Below, one piece after another: positions 1 through 14,286 of a DNA stretch of 64,000 nucleotides; positions within the stretch are counted from its first letter, which is position 1; each line of letters begins with the position of its first letter. The position numbers and the translations under genes are program-made. The notes beneath the pieces were generated by a model. It was given only the letters and a program-made list of their open reading frames with translations, was not told the origin of the DNA and made no database searches. Source of the stretch: Moniliella sp. 'wahieum' (lineage: Eukaryota); the NCBI GenBank assembly GCA_003971905.1, contig RSEE01000036.1:1-64000 (forward strand). Direction: 5' to 3'.

Positions 1-453
1 TTTTCCATTGGGTTCCGTGTACCGGTTCCATTTGGATGTTGAAGGTTTGTACATACATGTTGATCATACCAATTGAAGCACTTTTTTGTGGATTCCCGAG
101 AGATCCTTCCTCCTCCCTGCCCCCCTTCCTTCTTCCTGTTTCTTTCTCCTCCCCATCCCTTTCCACCCTTTCCATCTTTTTGCATCGCCTGCACACCGAG
201 ATCGGCACACGTGCCTCGCGAGATACCTGCGTTCTCTCCGCCCACCTTCCGGTCGTAGTGCTGCAGGCAAACCCTACTGCCAGTCCGCCAGTATCATACT
301 CAGTACATGAATGTGCGTGAGCGCGTGAGCCTAGTCTGCCCCCCCACCTCCGCCCGGCCCGCTCAAGAACCCTCCCGTTGGTCCTCAGGAGCTTGTTAGT
401 GGTACTGTTTTGACAAGTAGTGAGGGTGGCCGGTGAGAGTGAGGAGGGGGGCA

Positions 454-496
454 CTGGAACCTGGAACCTGGAACTTAGGACCTGGAACCTGGAACA
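454..496. repeat. Heptamer tandem repeat (CTGGAAC)n, imperfect
   Basis: ctggaac-ctggaac-ctggaac-ttaggac-ctggaac-ctggaac read directly. Confidence 0.85.
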
Positions 497-761
497 GACA
501 GGTTGTGTAGAGACTGTCAAGGTTCCTCATCGACCTCATGAGTCTCTCTCTATACTATAGCAGTATCTGGGCTGCGTTTCCCCCACCAAGGCAGTGGGTT
601 CCAATACTGTCTCCCCCTCCACCCCCAAATCCATGCCATACCATGCCTCTTCTCGTCTGTTGCGTGTACCTACAGCATGGCCGGTAGTTGAGACTCACCC
701 ATCCCGGCTCACTTCCGCCCACGACATGTGTCCTCGCCGTTTCCATCCTACTACCTGGGGT

Positions 762-813
762 GAACCTGGGCTAACATGGGGCTAACCTGGGGCTAACCTG
801 GGGCTAACCTGGG
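762..813. repeat. 11-bp tandem repeat (CTAACCTGGGG), about 4-5 copies
   Basis: gaacctggg-ctaacatgggg-ctaacctgggg-ctaacctgggg-ctaacctggg read directly. Confidence 0.85.
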
Positions 814-1875
814 ACGAAACTGTGGCCAAACGGGGAGACGTACCCTCGTGACGGAGGGTAGTGGGGGGAGGAAGGACTAACGTGCAGAGGGAAGTTACAT
901 GAGCATAGAAAGGGACATGAAGGGGCGGGGGGGGGGGGGGCGTGAAAGTCTGGAAGAAGATGTCGATGATGGGGGAAGAGGCCATGAGGAGGGAGGGGGG
1001 GGGAAGTCGCAAGATGGGTAGGGTGGGGTGGTACACATGAGGCCTGATGGGAAGTGCGAGTGGAATGGGAATGAGAATGGGGATGGGGATGGGGATGGGA
1101 ATGGGAATGGGGATGGGAAATGGCAAGGAGGTAGGGAGAGTGAAGGGAAGGAACAAGGGCGAGGCGATCACAGACAAAACGCAAAACCGGGGAGGGACAA
1201 GAAGGAAAAGAAGAAAGGAAAGTACGAGTGCCAGGGAAGTCCGTTCCTCGTTGCATGCTGCACACTGGAGGATCATCTAATCATCGATCGAGATCGATCA
1301 AGTTGAAAGGAACCTAGAAAGACCGAGAGAAAGAAAAAAGGAAAGAGGGAGAAAGGCAGGAGGCATTTCATGCAGGATGGCAGATGCAGGATACAGGCTG
1401 GGGCCCACACAACGGAGGAGATACAGCCAGAGGCTCGCTGGTACGTAACTCGGCCGAGGTGATACCATCCCGCCCACCTTACCCATCCCATCCTCGTCCG
1501 CACGCCCCGACAATGCCCCGACAAATGCACCGACAAACGCCCCGACAAGCACAGGACACGGGAGACGGGAACGCGCGTCCTAGGGACCCGTGCCTTCCCC
1601 CCCACCCGCACAGAAAGGCACCACAAACGACACCAGGGCACCGGTTACAACTCGTGCTGCCACCCTTAGCCCGTACCCTACTAGGCGCAAGGCGCAAGGC
1701 GCAAGGGGCTTGGCGTACGCTTGCTTACATTTGCACCATATCGTACTCGGACCCCGATTCGTAAATTCCGACGCGGGCGAATCGTACCCATTCCCCATCC
1801 CAATCCCATTTCCAATCCCATTCCAGTGGCTGAGGACGGCGCAGTCCAATGAGCCGCACCAGAATCGGAGGTCCG

Positions 1876-4800
1876 TCAGTTACTCCCACTGGGTACCTGG
1901 GCCGGGCTGGGGCCGGAGCTAGGGCTGGGGTGGTATGACCGTGGTCGGTGTCGCCGTGACCAAGTTGGATCTGGTCGTGACCGTCGTTCGTCCTTCCGCC
2001 TCAGTTTCCGATGCCGAATGGACCGAGGCAGCGCGCGGCGAAAAGGAAAAAGGTCGATTAGGTTGACGTAACGCCCCGGTCCGAGACCAGGATCGGGACG
2101 GTCGGTTGGTTCCATTTGCCTACAACGCGTTAAACTCCCACCCCCTCCAGCTGTACACCAGCACCACCAGCGAGACAGCACCTGTAGCTGTACCTGTAGC
2201 TGTGTGGGTGCCTGCGCCGCCCGCTGCTGCGGAGCGGCCACGGTAAATCCGTCGAGGCTAACCGCCCGCTCGAAGGTCCCGACGACCAGCTAACGTCCAA
2301 CTTCGGTCCCCGGGACGTGTACCGCTTGCGAAGGTTGGATTGGCGTGCGCGATCGGCCTCGAGCGGGCTCGTCGCCGTCGCCGTCACCTTCACCTTCGCC
2401 TTCGCCTTCGCCTTCGTCGGTCCGGTCGCTTTCTCCCTGCTTCTCAGCTACCCTTTCCGTTCGACTTTGGCGGTTGGCGTTGGCGTCAGGTTCGGGTTCG
2501 GGTTCGGGTTCGGGGTCGGGTTCGGCTTTGGCGCCCGGGCGGGGTTGCGGTTGCGGTTGGGGCCACGTTCGACATTGGTTTCGCAAGAAGAGGGAACCAT
2601 TACTTGCGCCACCTGGATCGGAGACTGAGGTGGGCTGTCGTTCGGCCCCGCCGGGGGCAGGACAAGTAGCTGACATAGACTCTACACCCGACAAGTTCGG
2701 TACGTCTCGTATCAAGCTCAAGGTACTTGGACCAGCGGGAGACCTTGCATCATCCGAACACTTTGTATCCTCGGATCGGTGGCGACAAGGTCTCGCTTTT
2801 GCTTTCGCTCTCTCCTCCCCCTCCTCCTCCCGCTCGACTTCCCTTGCAACGGCGCAGGTACCGGAGCGAGGGGAGAAAGTGCAGGTTCAGAGTGCGTCGA
2901 GGGAGGTCCGCCGTTGCAGCTGCAGCTGCAGCTGCAGTAGATACGGATGATACGGATGAGACGGTTGATACGGGCACGACGAGCGGTGTTTGACGTGGTG
3001 CAACCAGCACGTATACGAGCCCGAGCGCGTTCCCGTTCCTTCGTTCCCGATCACGGTCCCGTTGCGATCCCCTTCGTTCTAGCGACGGAGCCGCGTCGTC
3101 GTGCAGCGGAACACGTTTGCCTCCTACGCTCGTCCATGCCTCCACGCTGCTTTTGCCCTCTTTGCCTTCTTTGCCTGGTTGGCCTGGTTTGCCTGGTTGA
3201 CCTTGTTTGCCTGGTTGGCCGTCTTTACCGGGGACCCTGGATGCAGACCCGTTGCAACCGCTTGCCCACGGGACTCGCAGGTGCCGCAGGCGTGCACCGA
3301 CAAAGTGCACCGACACGCGTGCGCGTGCGCGTCCTGCCCGCCACCAGAACCCAGACTACCCACACTACCCGTCTCCGCCCCTGCCCCTGCCCCTGCCCCT
3401 GCCCCTGTCCCCGCCGCCGGCGCCGACTCGGACTCGCGATGCGGCTGGGAAAAGGATCCTTGCCGCGCTCCCAGACTTGGGCGGGACCAACTCGGTTCAG
3501 GTTGCGGGGGGAAGTAGGATCCGGTCACTGCGGCCGCATCGCTGATTTGCGGTAGCGACGGCGAAGGTTGGCCGGAAGATACGTCAGAGGACACAGGAGG
3601 TGGGTAGAGTGGCGAACTGGGGATTCCATTCCCATTCCCATTCCCACTTCGACCTGGTGCGTCCCCGGATCCGCCGGCGTAGCCACCTGAACATGAACCT
3701 GGACCTGGACCTGGACCTGGACCTGGACCCAAACCGGACCTGAATGTGGGGCTGACCGTGGGCCTAGGGCTGGGTGAGGGGAGGGGAACGGCGAGGCAGC
3801 GACGAATGGGGATGCAGAGGAGGAAGGGCAAGGAGAATCGTCCAAGCCCAAGCCTAAGCCCGAGGTGGGTCGCACATTTTCCCGAACGGGAAAAGGGAGC
3901 GGGGACCGACCCGATACGTAACTTCCCGTATACGATGAGCCCATCCATGGCGTATGGGCCGAATGGGCATTGGCTGCACGCGGTTGCACGTGCGGCGGAG
4001 CAGCAGCGTACGACGATTGGGCCCAGGAAGACGTGCTTCGTCCCCCCCCACCCCGGGCCCCGCAAGGACAGAGGACGGAGAAGAGGATGCCAAGTTGCCC
4101 GGTAGGGGCGGGGGTGTGGGCGCGTCCAGCAGTCCAAACCGTGACATGACATACACTCTCCGCATGCGCTTTGCGCCCCAACCGGGGACGCGAAGACGTA
4201 GCACGCGCTCCAGGTCCAAGGTACAGCGCACGTTCCCGTTCGGACCGGTCTGCCGATCCTCGTGGACCAGGCCACCGCCCCGGTGACGAACCACCCGACG
4301 TGCCGCCCGGACCGCTCGGACCGGGAGGACGGTAGTCCGATTCACTCAGGACCGAGTCAGCTACCGATTCGGTATCGCTTGCTTCGGACGAGGTTACCCA
4401 CGTGGGTGGAGGCGGGGACCGAGCCCCGCGTAAATTGCCTTCAGAAAGGGACGAGTGCGCACCCAGTCCACCAGTACCTAGGTGCTGCGCCGGAGAAGGA
4501 TCGTACGGCCCAGACGGCGGGGTGGGAGGAGGGACCAAGCCAGGCGCCACGAGCGACGGGGGAAGATTCACGTCGGTAGTGGGGGAACTGGAGGGACAGG
4601 AAGAGAGCGGTGCACAGGTCGGTGACGATCCCAGTGCGGCCGGGCTTGGACTGAGCGTCTGCGTCTGCGTGTGTGTGTGCATGTGAGTGTGCGGCTGCGA
4701 CTGCGACGGGGGACCCGAGCCTGATGGAGTCAAGGTCGGCGTCGGAGTTTGTTCCCGGTTGGGGCCGGTGGGGAAATTGTCGCGGGGCAAACCACGCGCA

Positions 4801-5575
4801 TCGGCATTGGCGATCCGCAGACTGGTAGGTTGGTACCCAGTATGAGGATTGGTCTGTCCAAAAGCCATATTGACCGCGGCGGGCATCGGGTCGCCCTGCT
4901 CGGCAGCACGGTGGGACGCAGCGGCCCACCGCGCCTCGAGAAGCGCCAGGTCCATCTTAAGGTCTCGCAGTTCCGCCACCTCTTCTGCCGTCAAGTGCGC
5001 ATGGGTCGGACCGCCGTGCCGGTCGTACCGCTGGCCCGAGTGGGTCCAGCCTTCGACCGGCGCAGCGGCACTGAACCGAACCCGGGTCGGCGGACCGGCA
5101 CTGGCCGCACGTGGCGCCGAGGCAGAGGTAGAGGGGCTGCGACACGCACTGCGACTCCGCCCACCGAGACGCGGATCGGACGCGACGCTGATGAGTGTGT
5201 GGGCGGGACGGAGGGCGGTGCGGATGGGAGGCGTGCCCGGCGGGAGGCACGTGGATGGGGGGGGAGAGATGCAGCGCGTCCTCGTCTTCGTCGGCGGGGT
5301 CTTGTGGTTCGGGCTGGGGAGGGTCGGGGGCGGGATGAGGATCGGGGTCGGGGGAGGGATGCTCAGGCTGCTGGGGCTGCTGGGGGGGAGGTGGATGGCG
5401 GTCGGGGGAGGCGGGGGGGCGGGGAGGGCGTCTGCGTCTGCGGATGAGTCTGCGTCTGGAGCCTGTGCTGGGGTTGGTCTGGATCAGGCTCGTCCAGCTC
5501 GGAGACAGGCTCGAGGGCGTGTGGGGTATGTGCAGAGGCGTCGTGGGCGGCGCTGTCGCGCACGAGAAGGGCCAT
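1876..5575 (-). CDS. Large low-complexity hypothetical protein (frameshifted) with Cys-rich patches
   Basis: Chain of overlapping minus-strand ORFs (5363-5575, 3525-4994, 3124-4275, 2750-3316, 2290-2721, 1876-2241) with protein-like composition and in-frame dipeptide repeats. No family recognised; boundaries approximate. Confidence 0.5.
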
Positions 5576-6424
5576 GCCGGCGGCGCGTCTGCCGCCTGGG
5601 GGGTGGAGGTGTTAGGGGGGGGGTGGTGGGCAGCCTAAGCCAGCCAAGCTTCAATTCAAGGCCGCCTGGCAACCCACTCGGCCGGCAACGAGCGAATTAG
5701 GTCAGCGGTGAGGCGCATCACTGGTCACTGGTCACTGGTCACTATCACGTGCGCTCACCCATCGCCATCCCATCGCCCCCTCCACGCGGCCACCCGCCGC
5801 GCGGGGTCTGGTGTCTGGTCTGCCTGCTTCCATCGCCTCTCTGCGTATCATCGACATCATCATCCATGACACGGACACATGACATCAGTCATCAGTAATC
5901 AGCAATCATTAATCATTGCTGGCCTGCGTTTGCGTCCCCGCTCCGTCCCATCCGCGTCAGCCACCCACCGGATCCATCCCTTGCGCTTTCCTCCCGCAGG
6001 ACCCATCTCGTCAATTTCAATCCTTCTCCTCCCCGGCAGCACCCCGCCCCCGCAAACGCCTGGAGATGGCAAGATGATTGGTGCATTGTGCCTTGGGATA
6101 GGTGTGGCAGGGTGTGGCCAGTGCGCAGGTTTCCTTTGCCACGCGGAGGCAGCAGCAGCATGTCCCAGGTCACATGGCACGTCACATGTCACACGACACA
6201 TCACATCCCAGGCCACATCCCAACCCCAAGTATCCCCTAGGGTTCGTGCCGTCCGCTCTGGCAGAGGGGCAGTCTTACACAGGGCTGCTTTGCCGTGCAG
6301 AGTCCTGGTCGAGGCCTAAGGGGAGGCGCCCCCTTGGCCGTAGAATGCCCCGGCCTTGCCTCCGTTGTCTGTATTTCTTCTCCACGACCTTTGAGGAAGC
6401 GACCCACACCCGGCTCGCGAGAAG

Positions 6425-7154
<730 letters not shown>

Positions 7155-7499
7155 TAGGTGTAGGTGAGGGTCGTGCGCGGGGGAGCATGTGGAGGTCACC
7201 TGAAAAAGGGCGCGTGGAGCAGACGGTTGGCAAGTCGGAAAGCGAGGGGCCAACCATTGTTTTGGGGTGCGATATGAGATCGTGACGAGTGCTCGGTTGG
7301 TGATCGAGATCGGTGACCATCACCGGTGAGCGTACTAAGCGCTTTTTTTCTGAGGACCTTCGCTGATTCGTCTAAACGCTTACCGCTCCACCTCGACCCA
7401 CTCCATCTCAACTCTCAACCCCGTCCTGCCTACCACCGTGGGCATTCCCCTTGGCCAGTTCGACGGCTCGATCCGCTGCCCTGCCACTTGTCCAGTACT

Positions 7500-8858
7500 A
7501 TGCCCACGGTCGAGGAGCTGCGGGCTGAGTTGCAGCAGAGAGGGTGCAGTACGTCCGGCAACAAGTTGGCGCTCAAGCAGCGGTACCACAAGGCGCGCAA
7601 GCCACTGCTGCCACTGCTGCCGCTGGTGGTGGTGGTGACTCTACTTTCTCATCTGCACCCTTTTCCGTTCCTGCTGTCTCTCCAACACCTGCCCGTGCTT
7701 GGGCTCCTGCCATTCATACCTTTCTTGTGGTCGATGTTGAAGCCACGTGTGAACGCGCAACGTCGTCGTTACGATACGACTACCCCAATGAAAGTGAGCC
7801 CTGACCCCCCCCCCCCCCCCCCATCTGCGCGACTTTCCGTATGATAGTTTGTCTGTTTGTTTGCTTGTTCGACACAGGCGGGCTGACAGAATAGTGGTGC
7901 AGTCATTGAACTGCCCATCATCGCACTTGGCTGGAACGAACAGAGGAAGCAATACTACGAAACGAGTCGGTTCCATCGGTTTGTCAAGCCCGTCTGGCGT
8001 CCCCGACTGAGCCAATTTTGTCGTGATTTAACGGGGATCGAGCAGGCCACAGTGGACCAAGCTGAACCTTGGCCTGTGGTCTTGTCCATACATTTGATTG
8101 GCTTGCGCACCACCACTTCCTCCTCCCACGAGACAAAGCTGACGATCCAACCAGTACCGCTTGGCTCCGGGCGTGTGCTGGGTCACACATGGACCCTATG
8201 ACTTGGCTGACTTTGCTCCCAAGGCCTCTTGGTTGTCGGCCACGGCGAGCGGAAACCATACAGATACCGATACCGATGCGAGCGCAGCAAGCCGGCTTGG
8301 GACAAGGGCCCAGCGTGGGATCTGCCCGCTATGGCTGACTGGACCGGTACTGGATGTACGCAAGGCATTTATTCTCATGACGCGCCTAGCGGGCCCGGGG
8401 GGGGGACTGGACGCCCCGCGCACCCATGGCAACAAAGCACGCAAAGACGTGACGATCTCTGGCATGCTAGCTCAATTTGGCCTTGAGTTCGACGGACGTG
8501 CTCACTCGGGCTTGGACGACGCACATAACATCGCCCGTGTCGTGGTGCAGATGGGGATGTATGTGCGCGATGGACGTGCAGAGCAAACAGAGCGGACTGA
8601 GCGGACTGAGCGGACAGAGCGATGGGGACCGAGGACGAACCAACGACCATCGACTCGCTTACCCTCGCCCTACAGCACACCCAGTTGCACGCGTCATCAG
8701 CCACCCGAAAGCCCGGATGCTTGCCGCCGCTCAACGTGCCTCCCGACGTGGGGTGCGTCGTGCTCCAGCCCAATGCGCACGGGTACAGGCGCAAACGCCA
8801 TGCGTGGATGGGCCGACGACCGGGCGAGGTGGTGTGGCGCGAGCGGGCCGAGGTGTAA
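7500..8858 (+). CDS. ERI1-like DEDDh 3'-5' exoribonuclease with N-terminal SAP domain
   Basis: SAP motif TVEELRAELQQRGCSTSGNKLALKQR; ExoI FLVVDVEATCE; intron 7794-7902 joins NE-IIELP; FHRFVKPVWRPRLSQFCRDLTGI; WVTHGPYDL; FDGRAHSGLDDAHNIARV; frameshifted. Confidence 0.88.
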
Positions 8859-9114
8859 AAATCATCCGAATCTGAGATCTGAATTCTGAATCCTCGCCCA
8901 CCTTAAGGGGAAATGAAATATTGATCAGCGAGGATGCACTGCGGGTTGCAGTAGTGTTGCAGTCCCAGGGGATGTGTGTGATGTATAAGCCATGCGCAGT
9001 TCCAGCCACACGCACGTTTCCTTCACCGCTGCTTCTCCCTCTGCTTCTCCTTTTCCTTCTCCTCATCCTCCACCTCCAGCTGCTTCTCCTCCATCCCCTC
9101 CGCCACATCGCCCC

Positions 9115-10443
9115 ATGCGCGGCTTCACCAAGGCCATTGCGCGTACCCCGTACATGATCACCTCCACCTTTTCCAACGAGCCCAAGCCCTCCGACGTGGA
9201 ATACGATGAGCTGGCCAGCCGGTTTGACACGATCGAGGGCTCGGCCCTCCGACTGCGCAGAGACGCCGCCTCGTTCCTTACTTCGCTCCAGGCTATGCTC
9301 TCTTCCGCAGCTCAGTTGGGCGCCTACATGGACTCGGCCTCCGCCCCGCTCGGGACCGAGGGTGCCCAAGGCGCAACCACCACCGATCCAAATCCCGATT
9401 CAGATTCAGGTCCAAATCCAAATTCAGATTCAGATTCAGATCGAAATCCAAATCCCGTTCCCGACCTGAGTGGCCGTCGCCCCAAGCTGAACCTCAGCCA
9501 CGTGCGGGAGTACCGTACGTTCGTCACGGATCTCACTGAGGCGCTGACGCCGCGAAATGGAGGTGCTGGAAACGCAAGTGATCCCCCCCTTCGTGACCTG
9601 AAAGCGATCGTACAGATGATCCGCAAACATGTTACCAAACGGAACCACAAGCTGGTGGATTTAGAACGTCGCACAGCCTCCTACCTCGCGCTGAAGAACA
9701 ACCGTCCAAATCGTCCCGTGACGAATCGAACCTGATCAAAGCGCAGCAGGAGTACTACATAGCCAAAGAGGACTACAAGTACTTTACCACCGTTCTCAAG
9801 ACAGTTGCCTACGTTTTTGCGCTTGGCACACAACTTATGCAACCGCTTTGGTCCACTCTATATTTCCTCCAACTCAACTTGTTTTTACCTCTCCTTCAAG
9901 CACTTTGAACGCTTTGCCTTTGCCCAGCACAAGACCCAGGTTCGGTCCAACGCCTACGATCAGGTCGGAGTATACCGCAGCCTTGGGCCAGGTCGCAAAG
10001 CAGATCGACGCTCTGACTCTACATCGCCCCCCCCCTCTTCCGCCCGCATCCTCGAAGCGGCCGGACGTGCGGGCACGAACCTTCCTGATCACCCTGACCC
10101 GGATCCCGCCCGGATCGTCCGTGCTGGAACCGCAGCTATCACCCGCAACAGAGGTGGCGGAGGAGAAACAAGACAAACAGACACAGGAAAGAAAGACGAG
10201 AAAAAGACCGGACCTGGAATTGGAACGGGAAGTGGAAGTGGAATTGGAAGAAGACTTGCCAGCGTACGTGATGCCCTATGACTTTACCGCCCAGACGGAC
10301 GGAGACCTTTCCTTTGTGGCGGGCGACAAGATCCTGCTCGTCTCCCGTACCGAGTCCCGAGACGATTGGTGGACAGGAAAGTGCATGGCGTACAGGGCGT
10401 CTTCCCCGGTACCTACACCAGCGATCCGGATCCTGATCCTTGA
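9115..10443 (+). CDS. RVS167: BAR + SH3 adaptor, Rvs167/Hob1 (amphiphysin)-like
   Basis: N-term MRGFTKAIARTP..DVEYDEL, IRKHVTKRNHKLVD (BAR); C-term SH3 YDFTAQTDGDLSFVAGDKI...DDWWTGK..GVFPGTY; frameshifted. Confidence 0.88.
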
Positions 10444-11134
10444 TAAGCGAGGAGAGGACGTCAAGATCCTCACCCTGACAAGAGAGGAGAGGAGAACGAA
10501 ATACATTGGCGTAGCGGCGCTCGTCTTGCTCGTCTTGCTCGTCTTGCTCGTTTATGCGACTGGTTCAAGTTCAATATGTTCGATTCGATGTTGCCATGTA
10601 CGGAACTCGGGTGCCGACGTCCTCTTGAATTCCCCTTCCGGATAGTCAGTAGGAAGGAGGGTAGGTAAACGGTAGGCGGTACGCGGTACACGCTAAGCGG
10701 TAAGTGGTAAGTGGTTAACACCAGTCTCCCAAACCAGTGGTGGACGGGATGAAATGCGAGCACAAAAGGATATATATCTTGTTGTCGTAGCGCGTAGTGG
10801 GAGATCCTTCCGGTCGTTTCGACCATTGATCATTTCGATCATTGACCATCTATCCTTGCCAATCCTTAGGGTTTCGAAGGAACAAACGCATCCTGACGCT
10901 GAGCTGCATCGCTGTGGCTGTCGTGGCCATGGTTCAGGTAAAGCGTTTCGGGGATCGGGATCGGGGGTCGATTATCGATTATCGGTTCGGCGGCAGACTC
11001 TCCTCTCCTTTCCGCCCCTAGGCTAGCTCGGTCACAACCGTCGCATGTCACGCCACTCACCAAAGGCCCTCTGTCAGAGTCACAATGTCGCTCAGCCACA
11101 AACCACAGAACCATAGAACCACAGGCTCATAGGA

Positions 11135-11231
11135 TCCCACGTCCCACGTCCCACGTCCACGTCCCACGTCCCACGTCCCACGTCCCACGTCTCACGTCCC
11201 ATGTCTCATGTCCCATGTCCCATGTCCCATG
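11135..11231. repeat. Heptamer tandem repeat (GTCCCAC/GTCCCAT)n
   Basis: Read directly in intergenic DNA. Confidence 0.85.
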
Positions 11232-11419
11232 TGACATACCACCACGGTGCGCAAACCCAAGGACGATCCCGCACGAAACACAAAACGAGCCCAAGTACGA
11301 GCCCAAGTACGAGCCTAAGACTATCCTCCTCCCCCCCGTCCCTTGCCTCGCTTGGTCCCACGTCGCCGTTCCTGCGCTCCACGTCGGCTCGGGGTGGCGG
11401 ACCAACAGGATCCCAAGGT

Positions 11420-11536
11420 CCTAGAGCTTAGAACCTAGAGCTTAGAACCTAGGGCCAAAAGCCTTGAACCTAGAGCCTAGAGCTAGAGCTTAAAGAGTAG
11501 AGCGTACAGCATAGAGCGTAGAGCGTAGAACCTAGA
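11420..11536. repeat. Degenerate tandem repeats (CCTAGAGCTTAGAA; TAGAGCG)
   Basis: Read directly; 14-bp and 7-bp periodicity. Confidence 0.7.
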
Positions 11537-11841
11537 GGCCCAAGATGCGCATCTGGTGGCTGATGAAGTTGTTCGGCCAGGTGAAAGGAACGGTGCAAGG
11601 GCGAACTTAACCCCTCCGGTACCGCCCTTGGTTGGTCATGACCGTCACCCACGGTGCCACTTCCGTAGGCTATTACGACCTGGTCCCGACCGAGCCTCAG
11701 CCCTGACCCACCACCACCTTTTTCTCCTCCTCCTCCTTCGTATTCTTCTCCATCGCATTGTCCTTCGTGTGGTTCTCCGTGTGGTTCTCCATGTGCGTCT
11801 TAGTGTTCTTATTCATGTGCGTCTTGTTCTACTCCACCACG

Positions 11842-13198
11842 TCACCCCTCTCCTCTTGCTCGTCTTGCGCGTCTCTCCTCCTCCTCCTCAAACGCACGCA
11901 ACAACACCATCTCCTCCTGCTGGCCTTCGACACTGGTGCGGAGCCAGGTACGTTGCACCGCATCGAACCGCATGCCTTCCTGTGGCACAGGATCCGTGGG
12001 CGGGATGAGCGTCGGACGAACACGCGCGTCTCGACGGCGCGCATGATTGCTCCGTGTGCATTCTGCGCTAGCTTCAGGCTTAACCCCACGGCCAAGGGTA
12101 AGCGGACGCGGAAGTGTACGGGAAAGGGGAGAGGGAAGCGTAGGAGGAAGCGTAGGAGGAAGTGTACGGGGAAGCGTCCGGGAAAGCGTCCGCGGAACGG
12201 TAGGGGAAGGGTAGGGGGAAGGGTATGGGCTGGATGGGTAGGATAATGGGCATGCGCAACCGACCCACCGGCGCTGCTACCACGTCGGGCCACATCGGCA
12301 AAACTCCGCATCCCACGTATGTCCTGGGAGCGGTAGCTGGAGGGTCGTGTCGCGTGGAAAGGGACGTTGGAGTTGCAGTTGGAGCTGGAGTTGGAGTTAG
12401 ACTTGCAGTAGGGGCAAGGGCAGCAGGCCCAAGCGGCGGATCCGATGCGGAGGGGGAGAACGTAACGTAGTACGAGTAGAACAAACGGAAGGAGAAGGAC
12501 ATGCTCGACGGTGGTTGGAGCCTCCTATTCGCCCTGAAAAGTTTCCGGGCAGCGAAGGCGAGTGCCGCAACGTCCCCGCTGCCTTGGGTGCAGCTGTTGG
12601 TGCTGGGCGCTGGTGTGTGGGCGTGGGCTTGGGATGAGACTGGAACTGGGCTGCAACAGCGGCGTAGGAGGGCCGGCGGACCAGGGTGCTGCCAACGGAT
12701 GAGGCAGCGCGCGATGGGGAAGGGGGTATCGAAGGGCTCCGGTGCCCGTGTGGGCGAGGCAGAGACGAGGAAAATGCCGTGTGGGAGGCTTGTACGATGG
12801 GTAAGGGTAAGGGTAAGGGTCGGGCGGGGTCAGGTCTGGGCGGGCAGGAGGAACGAGGGATGGAGAGGTCGGCGCGGGGGGGGCAAAGAGACGTGCGAGC
12901 GACGGAGGCGCGGGGGGCAGGCGTGGGGCAAGCTGCCGGCCACTGGCGGTCGCTGGGGCGGCGCGGACGGCTACGGCGCAGGGGGAAAAGCTCGGGCCAG
13001 AGAATGTGGGCGCGGCGGAAGAGGTCAAGACCGCCAGGGCGGTCGTCGGCGTCCACTCCACACCGTCTTCCAGCTGCAAGGCGTCCGCGCCGTCGTCCCA
13101 GCCGCTGCGGTCGGGGTCGGAGGAGCAGTCGGGATGGGGCAGGGCGCGGCTGAGGGAGGTGCCGGTGATGGAGGCGGAGGAGGGGCGGAGGCGGGCAT
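11842..13198 (-). CDS. Hypothetical protein, weak resemblance to Atos/DUF4210-type proteins
   Basis: Overlapping frameshifted minus ORFs; fragments GNFSGRIGGS, PPSSMSFSFRLFY, PRTYVG and ETRVFVRR loosely recall Atos-family motifs; the family call is weak. Confidence 0.4.
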
Positions 13199-14286
13199 GG
13201 GCAAGGCCAGGGCGGTGGCAAGGCAACGAAGGCAACGGCAAAGGCAAAGCCCCACCAGAGGCTGCTGCCGCGCGCTTGGCCTCCCGCCGGCGCCACCGAG
13301 CATAGGCGTGGGTACTTCATATTTTATCGCGGCGCAGAGCCCACACGCCCAGGTGACGTCACATGTGATGGGGCTGCCACCACGGCGATATCACACGCCG
13401 GGGCCTCCGCAATTGAATGTTTTCGTTTCTGCCATCATGCATCATGCATCCCTCGCGCTTGTTCTCGATATCGAGTATCAATCGAGTGATCACATGTCAC
13501 AGCCCGATAGTGGAACTGTGCTCTTGCGTGCGCCGCTCAGGCGGTGAGCACTGGCACATGTATTTGTCCTCGAGATGGAATCCCCACGCGACACGAGACG
13601 CGCTGTGCGCTTCGCCGCGTCCTTTGCCCAGCACGCCATGCCCTCCCCTCTCTCGCGTATCTGCTGCCACAGACGAGTGCTACTGTCCACCATCCCTCCT
13701 CCAGTCGCCCCCCCGCCCGTCGATGCCGGAGCTAAGCACCCTCCCTCGGCCAGACACGGTCCCCACCCCGCCCTCAGCACCCCCAATCTCCAATCTCCCA
13801 ATCTCCGGCAGAGACGCGGTGGTGCCTCCGCCCACTACCCCCGTCGTCATCGGATCCAGAATCCCCAGTCCATGCCCCCCCCCCACAGGAAGATATTGCA
13901 TAGTAGCTCCACAGTCCACACCCCATATGGCCCAGAGACTCGGCGATAATCATGAGCATAACCCCCCCCAGTCCGCATAACGACATTGCTTCCCTCATCA
14001 CGCCCTCTCTTCTCAGGCCTCACCAGCCCCAGCGTCTCCCGCTCCCACTGCTACTCCCCCCCCCGTTCTCTCCGCATCTTGCCTCGTGCGGAGGCAGAAC
14101 AGGCGGGGCGGGGTAGAGAGAGCACGATCACTGATCTGTGCCCTCGCTCCTCCGTACCCTCAGTCTATTTATCCCGGCTTTTCGTCCTGCGAGTTCCATT
14201 CTTTGGCTCACATCCTCCTCTCCATCCTTCCCCCACCTCCCTCGTCTTCCTCCGCCCTACGTTTTCGAACAGCAGCAGCAGAGATC

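Noticed and set aside
762..813. CTAACCTGGGG repeats as a telomere or interstitial telomere
   Set aside because: Only 4-5 copies of an 11-mer, not TTAGGG, and internal among many similar short repeats
555..985. Minus-strand MASSPIIDIFFQTF... as an Sde2-like ubiquitin-fold gene
   Set aside because: The start resembles fungal Sde2, but I could not find the diagnostic GGKGGFGS motif in any frame within the window
11135..11536. Repeat arrays as a CRISPR locus
   Set aside because: Short tandem units with no unique spacers, in a eukaryotic intron-containing context with no cas genes
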